From NCBI GenBank assembly GCA_041641305.1, contig JBEPYN010000001.1:224001-288000 (forward strand): 64,000 nucleotides of DNA, given 5' to 3'. This DNA is from Nitrososphaerota archaeon. Lineage in GTDB: Archaea > Thermoproteota > Nitrososphaeria_A > Caldarchaeales > Caldarchaeaceae. The notes beneath the pieces are model-generated. The model was not told the origin of the DNA. It saw only the letters and a program-made list of their open reading frames with translations, and made no database searches. This document shows, one piece after another, positions 1 to 9,459 of this stretch. A program made the translations under genes and the position numbers. Positions within the stretch are counted from its first letter, which is position 1. Each line of letters begins with the position of its first letter.

Positions 1-2
1 TC

Positions 3-320
3 AGGCTACCGCCACGCAGGACAGGACGTTGGCCAGTTTACTGCGGCTCGATATACGTAGCTCATCTCTCCCCCCGATATTTCCCGTTCAGAGTCGATGT
101 ATCGGCCGCTGACGACGTACAGCTCTTCAACCACCTTCTCTCGAGTGAAGCAATCATTTACGGCTACCCAGAGTCGCTTATACTGGCGCATCAGCTTGCG
201 AAGCTCAGCAGGCTTGATATACTCACAATATGTGCTAGGCTCGAAGCCGTTCACAAAATCAGGTTCACGCAATCACCGTCGCTCAGGAGCTCGCTCTTCG
301 GGCCACTGACCCACTCGTGA
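3..320 (+). CDS. nurA: NurA-family nuclease, 5'-truncated by the window edge
   Basis: Not in the ORF track. Frame 3 is open from base 3 to TGA at 318-320 and reads ...FPFRVDV...IIYGYPESLILAHQLAK..., the NurA C-terminal GYPxxLxxAH motif. It ends 7 nt upstream of a HerA-like gene. Confidence 0.8.
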   Translation, partial: RLPPRRTGRWPVYCGSIYVAHLSPRYFPFRVDVSAADDVQLFNHLLSSEAIIYGYPESLILAHQLAKLSRLDILTICARLEAVHKIRFTQSPSLRSSLFGPLTHS

Positions 321-327
321 CCCGGAG

Positions 328-1794
328 ATGAAGATTTTACAGAAACGTGGGGAAACTCTTGAGCTTCTCTGCACCCCATCTGAGCTCGAGTTCGAGATAG
401 GAGATTACATCAGATTAGGTGAAGGCGACAGCTTTCTGCTGGCTCAGGTTGTCGACGTAGGTTATGTTGATTTGCCTGGGGGAGTGGAGGAGCTTTTGAG
501 AGAGCTGATCGTCTCTGAGATAGATGGTGTTTCGTCGCTCGACCCATACAACACTTCCTCGCTTTCCATGATGGTTCGTGAAGTAAGATGCGTAACCGCG
601 AAGGTTCGAGCCGTGTTCCACACCGGATTACTGGCTCAGACTTCTCCATGGCTGCCAAGCCGCTACACGGCCACCCAAGAAAAGGCCGGGCCCCAGCTCC
701 TCCACCAGCTCATACTCGGAGAAGAAAAGCAATTCCTCTTCTGCCCAGGCACAGTCGGAGGAGAGCCGATCAACCTCCCGTTAACCAGGCTCGACGGCAG
801 CCTGACAATCATAACAGGGAAGAAAGAGAGCGGAAAATCGCATCTCGCGAAAATAATTGTTGAGGGAATCGTGTCAAATGGAGGAACAGTTCTCGTGCTC
901 GATGTCAACGGCGAATATCTGTATCTCGATAAAAGGGTTGACGGCGGCAGAAGCAACCTCGCAGACGCTCTAACGGTTCTGCATCCGGGCAGAAACTTCA
1001 CCACCTCGCTGGGTATGATGGGTTTGAAGACCTTCCACGACATCATGGAGCATGTCTACGGGACACCTGCCACAAGCCTTAGAGAACTTGGAAGAATTTG
1101 GAAAAAGCTCGAAAAAACGTGTGGAGATTTCGGTCTCGAGGACCTTATGGATGCCGTGGAAAACGAGCCGATGAACGAGGCGGTGCGTGAAGCTCTCCTC
1201 TCGAGGCTGGAGAGCATAAACTCCTCCGGCTTCATCTCCGACGGCGACCCCACCGACCTCGCAGAACTCCTCAACCCAAGGCCCTCGGGAAATGTCACAG
1301 TTGTTAACCTCTCCAAGCTGCTACCAAGCACCAGAAGACTGGTCGTCGAATATCTACTCAGCCATCTCTCAACACTTCTCTCGTCAAACAAGATTGAGCC
1401 TCTATTCCTTTTGGCTGAAGAAGCACATCTCTATCTTCGGGAAACCTACTGGGAAGACCTGGTAACAAGAATGAGACACATCGGGATGTTCCCCATCTTC
1501 GTGACAAACCAGCCAGACACAATACCCGAGCTGGTCTACAGACAGGCCGACAACATTTTTCTCTTCAACTTCACAAACGACACAGACCTCGAGAAAATAT
1601 CCAAAATATCGAAAATCGACTCCGAGACCGTGAAGCTGCTGGTGAAGAAGATGCCGCCACGACGCTGCCTCGTCCTCGGCAAAATAGTCTCCGACATTCC
1701 TCTAATGCTGAAGGTGCGAACAAGCAATCTCATGACGATGGGTCAAACCAAGCTTTTCTTTAAAAGGCGCTCAGAAGCCACAGTGCGTGGATGA
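328..1794 (+). CDS. herA: HerA/FtsK-family ATPase (HerA-like DNA translocase)
   Basis: N-terminal HAS-barrel-like region, Walker A GKKESGKS, LDVNGEY, Walker B LAEEAH, RMRHIG arginine-finger region, TNQP; follows nurA. Confidence 0.8.
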   Translation: MKILQKRGETLELLCTPSELEFEIGDYIRLGEGDSFLLAQVVDVGYVDLPGGVEELLRELIVSEIDGVSSLDPYNTSSLSMMVREVRCVTAKVRAVFHTGLLAQTSPWLPSRYTATQEKAGPQLLHQLILGEEKQFLFCPGTVGGEPINLPLTRLDGSLTIITGKKESGKSHLAKIIVEGIVSNGGTVLVLDVNGEYLYLDKRVDGGRSNLADALTVLHPGRNFTTSLGMMGLKTFHDIMEHVYGTPATSLRELGRIWKKLEKTCGDFGLEDLMDAVENEPMNEAVREALLSRLESINSSGFISDGDPTDLAELLNPRPSGNVTVVNLSKLLPSTRRLVVEYLLSHLSTLLSSNKIEPLFLLAEEAHLYLRETYWEDLVTRMRHIGMFPIFVTNQPDTIPELVYRQADNIFLFNFTNDTDLEKISKISKIDSETVKLLVKKMPPRRCLVLGKIVSDIPLMLKVRTSNLMTMGQTKLFFKRRSEATVRG

Positions 1795-2414
1795 GAACAT
1801 CGACAATATTGTCAAAGCTTCCGGTATATCAAGACGAAATCAATGCTGTAATCCGGCAATTTAGGCGAAATTTTTTCGATGAAGAGAAGATTTTGGCGGA
1901 GCTTGTATATTGCTTATGCACTCCTCAGACCAAGGCGGTAAACGCTTTGAAAGCTGTTGAAAAACTTTTCGAGAGCGGAGACCTGTGGAGTGGTGAAGTG
2001 TCGGAGATAGAATCTGTTCTGAGGAGCTCGGGTGTAAGGTTTCACAGGACAAAGGCTCGGCATATTGTTTCTGCCTTGAATGTGTTTGATGATGTTCTGG
2101 CCGTTGTTAGGAGTGGTAGGTCGCATGTGGAGATTAGGGGTTTTCTGGTTGATGGTGTAGAGGGGTTGGGTATGAAGGAGGCGAGCCATTTTCTCCGCAA
2201 CATAGGGTTCGACGGCCTAGCTATCCTCGACCGACACATACTCAGATACATGGCTGCCAACGGATTAATCGACATGGTGAAGTTGTCTCCTTCAGGGGGC
2301 AGATATCTTGCTTATGAGAAAAAATTTGTAAACCACGCAGAGAGATTCGGCTTGTCGCCTGCCGAGCTTGACCTGTTGATCTGGGCCTCTGCAACAGGAC
2401 GTGTCGTGAAATGA
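1791..2414 (+). CDS. ogg: 8-oxoguanine DNA glycosylase/AP lyase (Ogg2 type)
   Basis: EL..CLCTPQ, GVRFH..KA, HhH GLGMKEASHFLRNIG, ILDRHILR, ELDLLIW. Confidence 0.9.
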   Translation: MRTSTILSKLPVYQDEINAVIRQFRRNFFDEEKILAELVYCLCTPQTKAVNALKAVEKLFESGDLWSGEVSEIESVLRSSGVRFHRTKARHIVSALNVFDDVLAVVRSGRSHVEIRGFLVDGVEGLGMKEASHFLRNIGFDGLAILDRHILRYMAANGLIDMVKLSPSGGRYLAYEKKFVNHAERFGLSPAELDLLIWASATGRVVK

Positions 2415-3343
2415 GTGTCCAACTATCACAAGACCTGCGGAGTTTTCTTGAAGCAATCATTTCCGATAGGCTGGACATGCTCCTCGAAGCATACGCCAAG
2501 CCTCTGCCAGATTCCTTCCGTGTTAACACCCTCAAGATAGAGTTGGAAGAGTGTCTGAAACTTCTCCAAGACGAGGGGTTGACTGTCAAAAGAATCCCTT
2601 TCACTTTTGACGGTTTTTATGCGGAGCCTGAGGGGGTGTTGACTGTTTCTCTCTGGCACATGCTGGGCTATGTATATGCACAGGGCCCCGTCTCAATCCT
2701 CGTCACCGAGCTTCTGGATGTTGAGCCCGGTCACATGGTTCTCGACCTCTGCGCAGCCCCCGGCAGCAAAACAACACACATAGCCGCGAAGCTTGGTGGC
2801 AGGGGTGTGGTTGTGGCAAACGATGTGTCGAGGACACGTATCAAGGCTCTCTCATCAAATATGCAGAGGTGCGGTGTTGTGAACGGTGTGTTGACCCTCG
2901 CCGACGGGAGGAGGTTCGGCTACAAGTATAGGGAGATGTTTGACAGAGTTTTGGTTGATGCGCCGTGCACCTCTCTCGGGATAGGCTCCAAGGATTGGAG
3001 TGTTCTAAGAAACTGGACCAGCGGTTCCTCGATGAGGCTGGCCAGGCTTCAGACAAGCCTCTTGTTCTCGGGCTACATGGCGCTTAAGCCCGGTGGAGTT
3101 CTCATATACTCTACCTGCACTCTCCACCCCCTCGAAAACGAGGCCGTCGTGAACAGTTTGCTGGAGAAATTTGAGGAGGCCGAGGTGCTTCCGATTACGC
3201 TACACGGTCTTGGGTATGACCAAGGGTTTAGTGAATGGGGTGGCCGAAGTTTTTCGCCGGAGATGTGTAAAACGGTTAGGATATGGCCATTCCAGAGCGG
3301 CGCCGAAGGCTTCTACATAGCCAAAATAAGAAAGCCGGGGTGA
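2411..3343 (+). CDS. RsmB/NOP2/NSun RNA m5C methyltransferase
   Basis: RVNTLK, DLCAAPGSKT, DAPC (motif IV), YSTCT (motif VI), ENE. Confidence 0.92.
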   Translation: MSVQLSQDLRSFLEAIISDRLDMLLEAYAKPLPDSFRVNTLKIELEECLKLLQDEGLTVKRIPFTFDGFYAEPEGVLTVSLWHMLGYVYAQGPVSILVTELLDVEPGHMVLDLCAAPGSKTTHIAAKLGGRGVVVANDVSRTRIKALSSNMQRCGVVNGVLTLADGRRFGYKYREMFDRVLVDAPCTSLGIGSKDWSVLRNWTSGSSMRLARLQTSLLFSGYMALKPGGVLIYSTCTLHPLENEAVVNSLLEKFEEAEVLPITLHGLGYDQGFSEWGGRSFSPEMCKTVRIWPFQSGAEGFYIAKIRKPG

Positions 3344-3352
3344 GCCGCGTAA

Positions 3353-3808
3353 TTGAAAAAAATGGAGAAACACGAGCTTCAGAATTTTGCTGATGAGGTG
3401 TTGAAGAGCTTCGGGGCAAAGCTACTGACAGAGAAGCATGTTTTCGTGAAGACAGGTGAGGGAAAGATAAGGGCGATGACTGAGGAAACATTTCGGGCCG
3501 CCTCATTTTTCAGAGGAGTGATGAACGCAGGTGTCTACGTGGCTAAGCAGAGGAAGAACTTTGTAACCCTCACTATTGAGGGCTGTAAGTTTGTATCGCT
3601 TCTCCCCGGGGCCCATGTGGTCGAGCTCACGAAGGAGGATGCCGTTAAGTGGATGAGAGGTGACCCGGTAAATGTCGGGATACAAAGCCATAAAACAGTG
3701 ATAGGCCGCTATAGAGAACATCTTCTCGGAACAGCCGTGGTTGATATCAACGGCGTTGCATATCCACAGGTGCCAAAGTGGCGGCGGCTACCTCCCGACA
3801 CTAGCTGA
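3353..3808 (+). CDS. PUA/pre-PUA-like protein (NIP7/RsmF C-terminal-like), probable partner of the m5C MTase
   Basis: LTIEG and VVELTKEDAVKWMRG resemble RsmF/NIP7 accessory domains; lies directly after the MTase. Confidence 0.55.
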   Translation: MKKMEKHELQNFADEVLKSFGAKLLTEKHVFVKTGEGKIRAMTEETFRAASFFRGVMNAGVYVAKQRKNFVTLTIEGCKFVSLLPGAHVVELTKEDAVKWMRGDPVNVGIQSHKTVIGRYREHLLGTAVVDINGVAYPQVPKWRRLPPDTS

Positions 3809-6014
3809 CAGTAAGCTTCATAGGCAAGTAGCGGCTGACATGGTAAACCGCGTAGCCATAGACACCTTTTACCGAGGAAAACTCGTTTGCCTCGAGCTGA
3901 ATCTGTAGAGCCGGCGTCATCCATCCCTGCGCAATATCCATCACATGGAGAGAGTACAGTACCTTCGCGCCGCCTGATGCCCTCTCAACAAACATGGTAA
4001 CCAATCTCTTGTACTCGGGTATCGTGTAGTTTCCCTGCAGAGGCTTCTCCAAGGTTTTGACGAACGGGTTCGTGAGCAAGACGATGTAATCAGCATGCTT
4101 AATAACAGTTTCAACAGCAGAGGAGAATCCGTTTCTCGCAACCAGGGGGTCTACCTCAACAAACAATAGAAGGCCTCTGGTTTTTGCCTTTGTAGCCAAG
4201 ATTGATACAAACTGTGCGAAGCCGTCGACGTCGGCATCAGGCTTCATCCAGTCAAACCCCATAACATAGACACCCACATAACCCATGCGAGAAACCGTGT
4301 CAACAACTTTTTCTGCAAAAATCTCAGCGAGAACCTCGCCCGAATCAGTCACACATGAAAAAACAATATCTCCGCTGGGAGACACACATCTCCCAAACTC
4401 TGACAAAAGTCGGGAAGAATTATAGCCGTGATATCCAAAATGTACAGAGACATAGCTTGTCTTGAGGTATAGGCCAAGGAGCGGCGTAACTCCCATGATT
4501 TTCAGCTCGGATGCGAGGCCTGCCAAATCTTTTTCCAGCCACAAGTCGTTGGTGAGTTTAAACCTCGAGGATTCTCCAAAGTTCCCTCCGTAGATGTAGG
4601 GCTCGGGACCGAACGGTATCACAAGATGGGTCATGAAAAGTCTATCGGCAACCCCTTCTACACCAAAGCCCTCTGTTTTTGTAAAGAGGGCCTCAACACC
4701 CTCTGTGACTCCTACAACAACCGATGCCCGTGGCACGACCACTCCTCTACCGACGGGGAAAACTGCCACAACCAGCACCAATACCAGCAGTAGCGAAACA
4801 ATAGTAATTCTCTGAACATTCCAAATATTTTTACGAGCACCGACCAGCGATGTGAGCAGAACAATGAACCTCGAGCCGCCGAACACAGCGGACAAAACCA
4901 ACGCAACTCCGGCTATGGTTACCGACTCGACTTCCCGAGAAACAACTATCCTCCCGATGTTGCTCAGGTCAAATATGGCGAGCGCAACCTGTGAAGCCGC
5001 TATAAACAGGAGGCCTGCGGCCACGAGCAGCACCGTGTTCAAACGTAGCTCTCTGCTCGTGCTACGCAGAGACGAGAGTGTGAGAAACGGCAGAACCCAT
5101 AAAACATATTGGACGTTTACTTTTGCGGATGTGGCTAAGAAAGCCACCAAGGTTAGTTGCGAGAGGTCGAAAAGGCTTGGGCCATAGTTTCTGAAGCTTC
5201 TTCTGTAGACGATATAGAGTATTGCGACGAAGAAGCCATAGGATAGAGCCGGTATGGCTGACGGGGGCGAGATGAGGCTAAGGGCTGTCCAGTAGGTGAA
5301 GCTGCCGATGTTTCCAAAGTGGTAGAAAAGCTTCTCGATGAGGGGGCCGGGGTTGGCGAGGTATGGTGCAGAAGGTATGATCAACCCGGCGGCACATGCC
5401 ACGATAACTGAGATGGATTTCTTGATGGATACTCGCTCAACCATCTTCATGTAAATGAGGAGCGGAAGCATCAGGAAGAGAGGATAGAGCTTGACCGCTC
5501 CACCAACACCGAGCGCAAACGCTGCAGCCGCGTATTTCCTGCGGTGGGCGAGCAAGATACCTAGGAGGGATAGAGCTACGGCTATTGAGTCGAACATGCC
5601 CCATACAGCTGAGATGGCTATGACCAACGGGTTGAAGAGCCAGAGAAGCGAGGCCAACCCCGCGTATCTCAATCCACCCGTTTCAGCAGCAAGTTTAGCA
5701 ACCAGAACAGCAACAAACAAATCAGCCAAGATAATCGGAAGCTTGATGACGAACACGTGAAAACCCAGACTCGGATAAAAGCCAGACACGACATGCGCAA
5801 ACCCCAGCCAGTAGAGCCAGACAGGTGGATAAGCGTAGAAACCCCATGGAAAATCTGTCAAGTTCTTGACAGAATAGACATCGACGCCGCTGGAGAACAT
5901 CTCCCCGCTCTTAATCCAAACATACATGTCCCACGAATGACCGAAAAAGGGCGCCAAAACAGCTCGAATCAGAAAAGCTGCGCCGAAGACGGCGAGCGTT
6001 CTCCAGCTCCACAT
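3801..6014 (-). CDS. GT-C (GT87/PIG-M-like) multi-pass glycosyltransferase fused to a C-terminal soluble alpha/beta domain
   Basis: HSWD, YAYPP, KLP..LAD, FNP....SAVWGMFD, KLYP, QY..W motifs over about 12 TM segments, followed by about 310 aa of hydrophilic beta/alpha repeats. Confidence 0.75.
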   Translation of the reverse strand: MWSWRTLAVFGAAFLIRAVLAPFFGHSWDMYVWIKSGEMFSSGVDVYSVKNLTDFPWGFYAYPPVWLYWLGFAHVVSGFYPSLGFHVFVIKLPIILADLFVAVLVAKLAAETGGLRYAGLASLLWLFNPLVIAISAVWGMFDSIAVALSLLGILLAHRRKYAAAAFALGVGGAVKLYPLFLMLPLLIYMKMVERVSIKKSISVIVACAAGLIIPSAPYLANPGPLIEKLFYHFGNIGSFTYWTALSLISPPSAIPALSYGFFVAILYIVYRRSFRNYGPSLFDLSQLTLVAFLATSAKVNVQYVLWVLPFLTLSSLRSTSRELRLNTVLLVAAGLLFIAASQVALAIFDLSNIGRIVVSREVESVTIAGVALVLSAVFGGSRFIVLLTSLVGARKNIWNVQRITIVSLLLVLVLVVAVFPVGRGVVVPRASVVVGVTEGVEALFTKTEGFGVEGVADRLFMTHLVIPFGPEPYIYGGNFGESSRFKLTNDLWLEKDLAGLASELKIMGVTPLLGLYLKTSYVSVHFGYHGYNSSRLLSEFGRCVSPSGDIVFSCVTDSGEVLAEIFAEKVVDTVSRMGYVGVYVMGFDWMKPDADVDGFAQFVSILATKAKTRGLLLFVEVDPLVARNGFSSAVETVIKHADYIVLLTNPFVKTLEKPLQGNYTIPEYKRLVTMFVERASGGAKVLYSLHVMDIAQGWMTPALQIQLEANEFSSVKGVYGYAVYHVSRYLPMKLTVS

Positions 6015-6067
6015 CCGGCCAACGGAGAGGCAAAACTCTATTTAAACGATTTCAGCACACTTCGAAC

Positions 6068-6949
6068 ATGAAATCGAGCGAATTATCATTCTACCTGCAG
6101 AAAGGGATGGCTTTCTCTGGCGCGGAAACCGGGTTGGAGGAAGCGCGGTACTGCGTTTTCGGCGTTCCCTATGACTTGACCAGCAGTTTTAGGCCAGGTT
6201 CTAGATACGGACCCGAGGCTGTCCGCAGGTTCAGCGCCAACATCGAGGCCAACAGCTATCGCAAAACCTTTGACATAACCGCAGCTAAAATAGCTGACCT
6301 CGGCGACATCATATTCGAGTACAGGCTGCCGAAAATGGTGAGTAAAGTCGCTAAAGTTGTTGAAACGCTATCAGGTTTGGGAAAAATTCCGGTGATGATT
6401 GGAGGGGAGCATAGCTTCACCTATCCATGTTTTAAACATCTCGCGGAAAAATCATCATGTCTCATAGTACTTGATGCTCATTTTGATCTTCGTGACGAGT
6501 ATCTTGGTCTCCGGTTCAACCATGCATCTTATCTACGCCGCCTCGTGGAGAAATTCCCCGACAAACCCGTGGCCGTTCTCGGCGTTAGGGGTTTTGACCC
6601 AGCTGAGGAAAAATTCGCAAAGAGCCATGGAGTAACATACATCAAGGCATGTGAAATGGGGGATTGGCGTAGAGTAACAAAGGTGGTTGAAGAAGTTGTC
6701 GGAGACGGCCGGCCATACATTTCGGTTGACATCGACGTGGTGGACCCAGGATTTTGCCCCGGTGTGGGAAACCCCGAGCCTGAAGGCCTTACACCGACGC
6801 AGATTATCAACCTTGTCTCAACAATTGGGGCCTTTAGACCATCAGGTTTGGATGTGGTCGAGGTCAACCCGCTCTTCGACAACGGTGCAACAGCCGCGCT
6901 GGCCGCGCGTATAATTTTTGAAACAATTGCCTCGGCCGAGGAAACCTAA
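6068..6949 (+). CDS. speB: Agmatinase (ureohydrolase)
   Basis: SFRPGSRYGP, GGEHS, DAHFD, DIDVVDP, VEVNP. Confidence 0.92.
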   Translation: MKSSELSFYLQKGMAFSGAETGLEEARYCVFGVPYDLTSSFRPGSRYGPEAVRRFSANIEANSYRKTFDITAAKIADLGDIIFEYRLPKMVSKVAKVVETLSGLGKIPVMIGGEHSFTYPCFKHLAEKSSCLIVLDAHFDLRDEYLGLRFNHASYLRRLVEKFPDKPVAVLGVRGFDPAEEKFAKSHGVTYIKACEMGDWRRVTKVVEEVVGDGRPYISVDIDVVDPGFCPGVGNPEPEGLTPTQIINLVSTIGAFRPSGLDVVEVNPLFDNGATAALAARIIFETIASAEET

Positions 6950-6973
6950 ATATCCATCGGAGCAGATGTAATC

Positions 6974-9457
6974 TTGGTTTTCATGGTGGAGCGATATTTT
7001 CTCCTCGGCGTTGGATATGATGGTCAGGAGAGGAAGGCGTTTCTTAAGCTTCTCAACCTCTCCACTAGCACGGTGGAGATTTATCTGGACCCAACCGGTC
7101 ACAGGCCATATTGTTTGACAGACCAGCCTGTTCAAGAACTTGAGAAAAACCAGTCACTGCGGGAAGCTGGTGCAACAGCCTTCATCAAGGTCACGAAGTA
7201 TGACAGCATAGCAGATAAACATCGTGAGATGACGCTGGTTCAAGCAACCGATCCACTCGCTGTAGGTGGGAGCAAAAAATCTATCAGGGAACTCATCCCA
7301 TCCTGGGAAGCCGACATACCCTATCACCTGAACTATGTCTACGACATGCGGCTCACACCAAGCATGATTTACGAGAAAAAGGACGGAGAGCTCACCCCGG
7401 TATACGGGGAGAAATCCAGAGTGGAGAACATTCTTCAACAGTTCTTCTCAGACCTCTCGGCTGAGGAGCGGGAGGAGATGGAGAAATGGCTTCTAATGCT
7501 TGAGTCTGAACATCCCGCCGTAGACTTCACAGGCCTTGACATCGAGATTCTGAGCGACTCGCCCACCAAGGTGCCGAGCCCGAGCAACCCCGTGGACAGG
7601 GTTGTGGCCGTCTCTTTCTCGGGAACAAGAGGCATGGGGAAAGTGCTTGTCCTCAGACGAGATGGTGTCGACATGACTTTCAACGGCGGCGAATACAGCG
7701 TCGAGGTCTTCGACGAGGAAACAGCGCTCTTAAACAGATGCTTCGAGATAATGGATTCCTACCCCATAGTTGTAACCTTCAACGGCGACGAATTCGATCT
7801 CCCATATCTCCGCAACAGGGCTGAGAAACTCGGCATACCAAAGAGCAGAATCCCCGTAACCCTCGGCAGAGAGGGAGCCTCGCTACGGCGGGGGATACAT
7901 CTCGACCTCTATAGGTTCTTCAACAACAAATCGGTACAGGTCTACGCTTTTGAGAACCGTTACCGCGAGCACACGCTTGATGGTGTGGCGAAGGCATTGA
8001 TAGGTGTTGGAAAAGTCGAGCTGTCAAAAACGCTTAGTGAGTTGTCTTTGCAGGAGCTCGCGGACTACAGCTACCGCGACTCAAGGCTTCTAAGGGACAT
8101 GGTTGACGCCAATGACCGGCTTATACTACGCCTGATGGCGGTAATTTCCCGGATAAGCAAAATGCCAATCGAAGATGTGTGCAGACATGGTGTAAGCGGG
8201 TGGATCAAGAACCTTCTCTACTGGGAGTTACGGGGACGTAACTGGCTTATTCCGCGGAAAGAAGAGCTGATAAACGCTAAAGGAGGCACGACAACAAAGG
8301 CGATTATCGAGGGCAAGAAATACCGCGGCGCCCTGGTCGTCGAACCAGTGCCCGGCATCCACTTTAACGTCACAGTACTCGACTTCGCCTCCCTGTACCC
8401 AAGCATACTCAAGGAGTATAACCTCAGCTTCGAGACAATCAACTGTGGACACGAAGAATGCAAAACAAACACTATACCTGAGACAACCCACTGGGTCTGC
8501 ACTCGGAAAAGAGGTCTTCAGAGCGGCATCATCGGTGTGATAAGAGACATCAGGGTCAGATGGTATAAGCCGATGGCGTCTAACAAGTCTCTTGATTCCG
8601 TTACGAGAAGCTGGTACGAGGTTGTCCAGCGGGCGTTGAAGGTTTTCCTAAACGCGAGCTACGGAGTGCTCGGGTTCGAAGAGTTCCCACTATACTGTCC
8701 GCCATTAGCTGAGAGCACCACAGCTATCGGAAGATACGTTTTCTCCTCCGCAGTCGAGAAGGCGAAATCCCTCGGAGTAACAGTTGTTTATGGCGACACC
8801 GACTCGATATTCCTCAAGGCTGAAAAACAGGAGCTTGTCCACGAGCTGATTAGATGGGCCCGTGAAAAATTCAGGCTCGACCTCGAGTTCGACAAAGTCT
8901 ACCGCTACGTTGTCTTCAGCAAAAGGAAGAAAAACTACCTAGGGGTTACGGATAGGGGGGTTGTAGACGTGAAAGGCCTCACAGGCAAGAAAAGAAACAT
9001 CCCTGTCTTCATCAAAGAGGCTTTTGACGACATGCTGAAGCAGTTGGCCGAGGTAAAGTCGGCTGAGGAGCTTGAGACCGTGAAGAAAAACATCAGACAG
9101 GTCATCGCAACATGGTACTCGAGGCTAAAGAACAGAACCTTCGAGATTGACCAGCTCGCCTTCCGCGTGATGATGTCGAAAACTATTGAGCGGTATGAGA
9201 AGACGACGCCCCAGCATGTGAAGGCTGCGAAAAAGCTTCAGAGCCTCGGGATCAAGGTTGGACCCGGCGACATAATAAGCTACGTCAAAACAAAGGACAA
9301 GGATGGTGTGACGCCGCTTCAGCTCGCTAAGAAAGAAAACATCGATGTCGACAAATACATCGAATACATGAAGTCAACATTTGAGCAGGTACTCGACCCG
9401 CTGGAGATTGACTTCGACAGCATCATTGGGTTGACGAGCCTTGAGAGCTTTATGTAG
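6974..9457 (+). CDS. polB1: Family B DNA polymerase, crenarchaeal/thaumarchaeal PolB1 type
   Basis: Exo DIE and FNGDEFD; Pol DFASLYPS, KVFLNASYG, YGDTDS, KKNY; C-terminal PIP-like TSLESFM. True start may be ATG 6983. Confidence 0.93.
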   Translation: MVFMVERYFLLGVGYDGQERKAFLKLLNLSTSTVEIYLDPTGHRPYCLTDQPVQELEKNQSLREAGATAFIKVTKYDSIADKHREMTLVQATDPLAVGGSKKSIRELIPSWEADIPYHLNYVYDMRLTPSMIYEKKDGELTPVYGEKSRVENILQQFFSDLSAEEREEMEKWLLMLESEHPAVDFTGLDIEILSDSPTKVPSPSNPVDRVVAVSFSGTRGMGKVLVLRRDGVDMTFNGGEYSVEVFDEETALLNRCFEIMDSYPIVVTFNGDEFDLPYLRNRAEKLGIPKSRIPVTLGREGASLRRGIHLDLYRFFNNKSVQVYAFENRYREHTLDGVAKALIGVGKVELSKTLSELSLQELADYSYRDSRLLRDMVDANDRLILRLMAVISRISKMPIEDVCRHGVSGWIKNLLYWELRGRNWLIPRKEELINAKGGTTTKAIIEGKKYRGALVVEPVPGIHFNVTVLDFASLYPSILKEYNLSFETINCGHEECKTNTIPETTHWVCTRKRGLQSGIIGVIRDIRVRWYKPMASNKSLDSVTRSWYEVVQRALKVFLNASYGVLGFEEFPLYCPPLAESTTAIGRYVFSSAVEKAKSLGVTVVYGDTDSIFLKAEKQELVHELIRWAREKFRLDLEFDKVYRYVVFSKRKKNYLGVTDRGVVDVKGLTGKKRNIPVFIKEAFDDMLKQLAEVKSAEELETVKKNIRQVIATWYSRLKNRTFEIDQLAFRVMMSKTIERYEKTTPQHVKAAKKLQSLGIKVGPGDIISYVKTKDKDGVTPLQLAKKENIDVDKYIEYMKSTFEQVLDPLEIDFDSIIGLTSLESFM

Positions 9458-9459
9458 CG

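Noticed and set aside
6-309. ORF-track entries 6..272 (-) and 97..309 (+), and the many short antisense or alternate-frame ORFs elsewhere
   Set aside because: They are shadows of motif-supported genes (here nurA in frame 3) and have no recognisable motifs.
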